Source: Bacteroidota bacterium
GTDB lineage: Bacteria > Bacteroidota > Bacteroidia > Flavobacteriales > Flavobacteriaceae
Length of the DNA stretch: 64,000 bases
Direction of reading: 5' to 3'
Assembly: GCA_023387965.1 (NCBI GenBank)
Contig: JAEWHE010000014.1
Coordinates: forward strand, 157,875-221,874
The position numbers were made by a program, and so were the translations under genes. The notes under the pieces were generated by a model that was not told the DNA's origin, did not search any database, and worked only from the letters and a program-made list of their open reading frames with translations. Below are positions 62,572-64,000 of this stretch, piece after piece. Each line of letters starts with the position of its first letter. Position 1 is the stretch's first letter.

Positions 62572-62777
62572 TATTCAGGATTTGAGAGATTTGGGTTAAC
62601 AGTATCAACTGCAACTTCCGTGGCATCAGTTTGTGGATGCGTTGGAACATTTGTCGTTGGAGATGGAGCTGGTTGAGCGTTTTCGATTTCAGTAGTTTCG
62701 GGTTCCTGTTTGGGCGTTTCTTTGCAAGAAATTCCAACAAATGCAAGCAGAATCATAATAGCGAGTAGATTTTTCAT
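62571..62777 (-). CDS. Small hypothetical lipoprotein
   Basis: Lipobox GISC then low-complexity P/T/E tail; coupled to the next gene. Confidence 0.6.
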   Translation of the reverse strand: MKNLLAIMILLAFVGISCKETPKQEPETTEIENAQPAPSPTTNVPTHPQTDATEVAVDTVNPNLSNPE

Positions 62778-62852
62778 AACTTAAAAAAATTTTACTCAAG
62801 TTACTGAAAATCTCCCGAAAAGTAAAAACAGACGCTTTTTTTTATTGAATTT

Positions 62853-63860
62853 TTAAGATTGAGGAAATATTTTTGCCAGCAACTCGTACGATTTTTTGCG
62901 GTCTTCAAAATTTTCTGACATGGTGGCAACCATAATTTCGTCGGTATCAAAATCAGAAGCAATTTTTTCGATTTCTCGTTTAACTTCCTCAGGATTTCCG
63001 GCGATGAAACGACCTCGATTGTAGGCAATTCTCGCTTTTTGCGCAAGCGAATAATTCATGTTTTTTATTTCTTCAAATGAAGGTAAATTTCCCGTGGCAC
63101 CCATTTCGATGTGCAACATTCGGTAATTAAATTCGGTGATCCAATCGGCTACTTTTTGCTCATCTTCGGAACAAAATACAAAAATCCCAACGTTTACTTT
63201 TGGCTTTGCCAAATTTTCAGAAGGTTTAAAATTTTCTCTGTAAAAAGCCACCACTTCATCGCCACCTTCGGGATTGATGAATTTTGCAAAGGACAAAGCC
63301 ATGCCAAAATGTGCGGCAAATTGAGCGCTTCCGCCGCTTGAGGTAAGCAACCAAAGCTCTGGCAATTGATCTGGTTGTGGAAAAGATTTTACTTTTTCGT
63401 GAACGGTTTCCGGAGTTTCATCATGGCGAAGAAAAGCCTGAAGATCAATTAATTGCTGGAAAAATTCTTTTTCACTGAAGTTATTTGCGGGATTGAGCAA
63501 ATGTGAAGATAACCTGTCGCCTCCGGGAGCCCGACCAATTCCAAGGTCAATTCTGTTAGGGAAAAGCGTTTCGAGTAAGCCGAAATTTTCTGCCACTTTC
63601 AGCGAACTGTGATTGGGCAACATGATGCCGCCAGAACCTACGCGAATTTTTTTAGTTTTCGAAGCCAGATAGGGAATGAGTACTTCGGGAGCGGTTCCGG
63701 CAACCATTTTAAAGTTGTGGTGTTCAGAAACCCAATATCTTGTAAAATTTAATTTTTCGGCGAGTTGCACTAATTCGGCGGATTCTTGCAAGGCTTCCGC
63801 AGCGGTTCCGTTGCGTTTTATTTGGGATTGATCTAAAACGCTTAACTTGATATTTTTCAT
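62853..63860 (-). CDS. LLM-class luciferase-like flavin monooxygenase
   Basis: LSVLDQ, YWVSEHH, RVGSGGIMLPNH, RIDLGIGRAPG. Confidence 0.92.
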   Translation of the reverse strand: MKNIKLSVLDQSQIKRNGTAAEALQESAELVQLAEKLNFTRYWVSEHHNFKMVAGTAPEVLIPYLASKTKKIRVGSGGIMLPNHSSLKVAENFGLLETLFPNRIDLGIGRAPGGDRLSSHLLNPANNFSEKEFFQQLIDLQAFLRHDETPETVHEKVKSFPQPDQLPELWLLTSSGGSAQFAAHFGMALSFAKFINPEGGDEVVAFYRENFKPSENLAKPKVNVGIFVFCSEDEQKVADWITEFNYRMLHIEMGATGNLPSFEEIKNMNYSLAQKARIAYNRGRFIAGNPEEVKREIEKIASDFDTDEIMVATMSENFEDRKKSYELLAKIFPQS

Positions 63861-64000
63861 AACTGTAAAGATAGCAAACAATGAAAAAACGAGGATGTTT
63901 TGCGAGGCTTTGACCGTGTTATTTTTTTGCTAAAATTATTGATGATGGTAGGGTTCGTTTCGCAAAATGGTGAAACCGCGGTACAATTGTTCAATAAAAA

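Overview
A 64 kb, AT-rich, mostly core-genome stretch of a Flavobacteriaceae bacterium, probably Flavobacterium-like. The assignment rests on TAnnTTTG -7 promoter elements, a T9SS C-terminal sorting domain, lipoproteins with acidic export signals, monomeric Icd and the nusB-DUF1573-yajC order. It holds about 58 CDSs, including the yidC 3' end, mnmA, lysA, sucC, uvrB, icd, trmD-rplS, nusB, yajC, kdsC, ccsBA and menD/B/A/C. The most unusual content is non-coding: (1) a stand-alone IS200-type HUH/Y1 transposase (RAYT-like) flanked on both sides by the same REP doublet, each trailed by a decaying ~25-bp tandem array; (2) trmD enclosed almost exactly, start to stop codon, in a ~75-bp inverted repeat made of heptamer repeats, with an 'empty' hairpin of the same repeat family elsewhere; (3) seven dispersed copies of a structured intergenic element resembling the Flavo-1 RNA motif, some carrying other REP-type hairpins in the variable loop; (4) a HigBA-like toxin-antitoxin pair whose toxin is frameshifted in a T8 tract. 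No rRNA, tRNA or CRISPR-Cas was seen. All calls are by-eye recognition; no searches were run.
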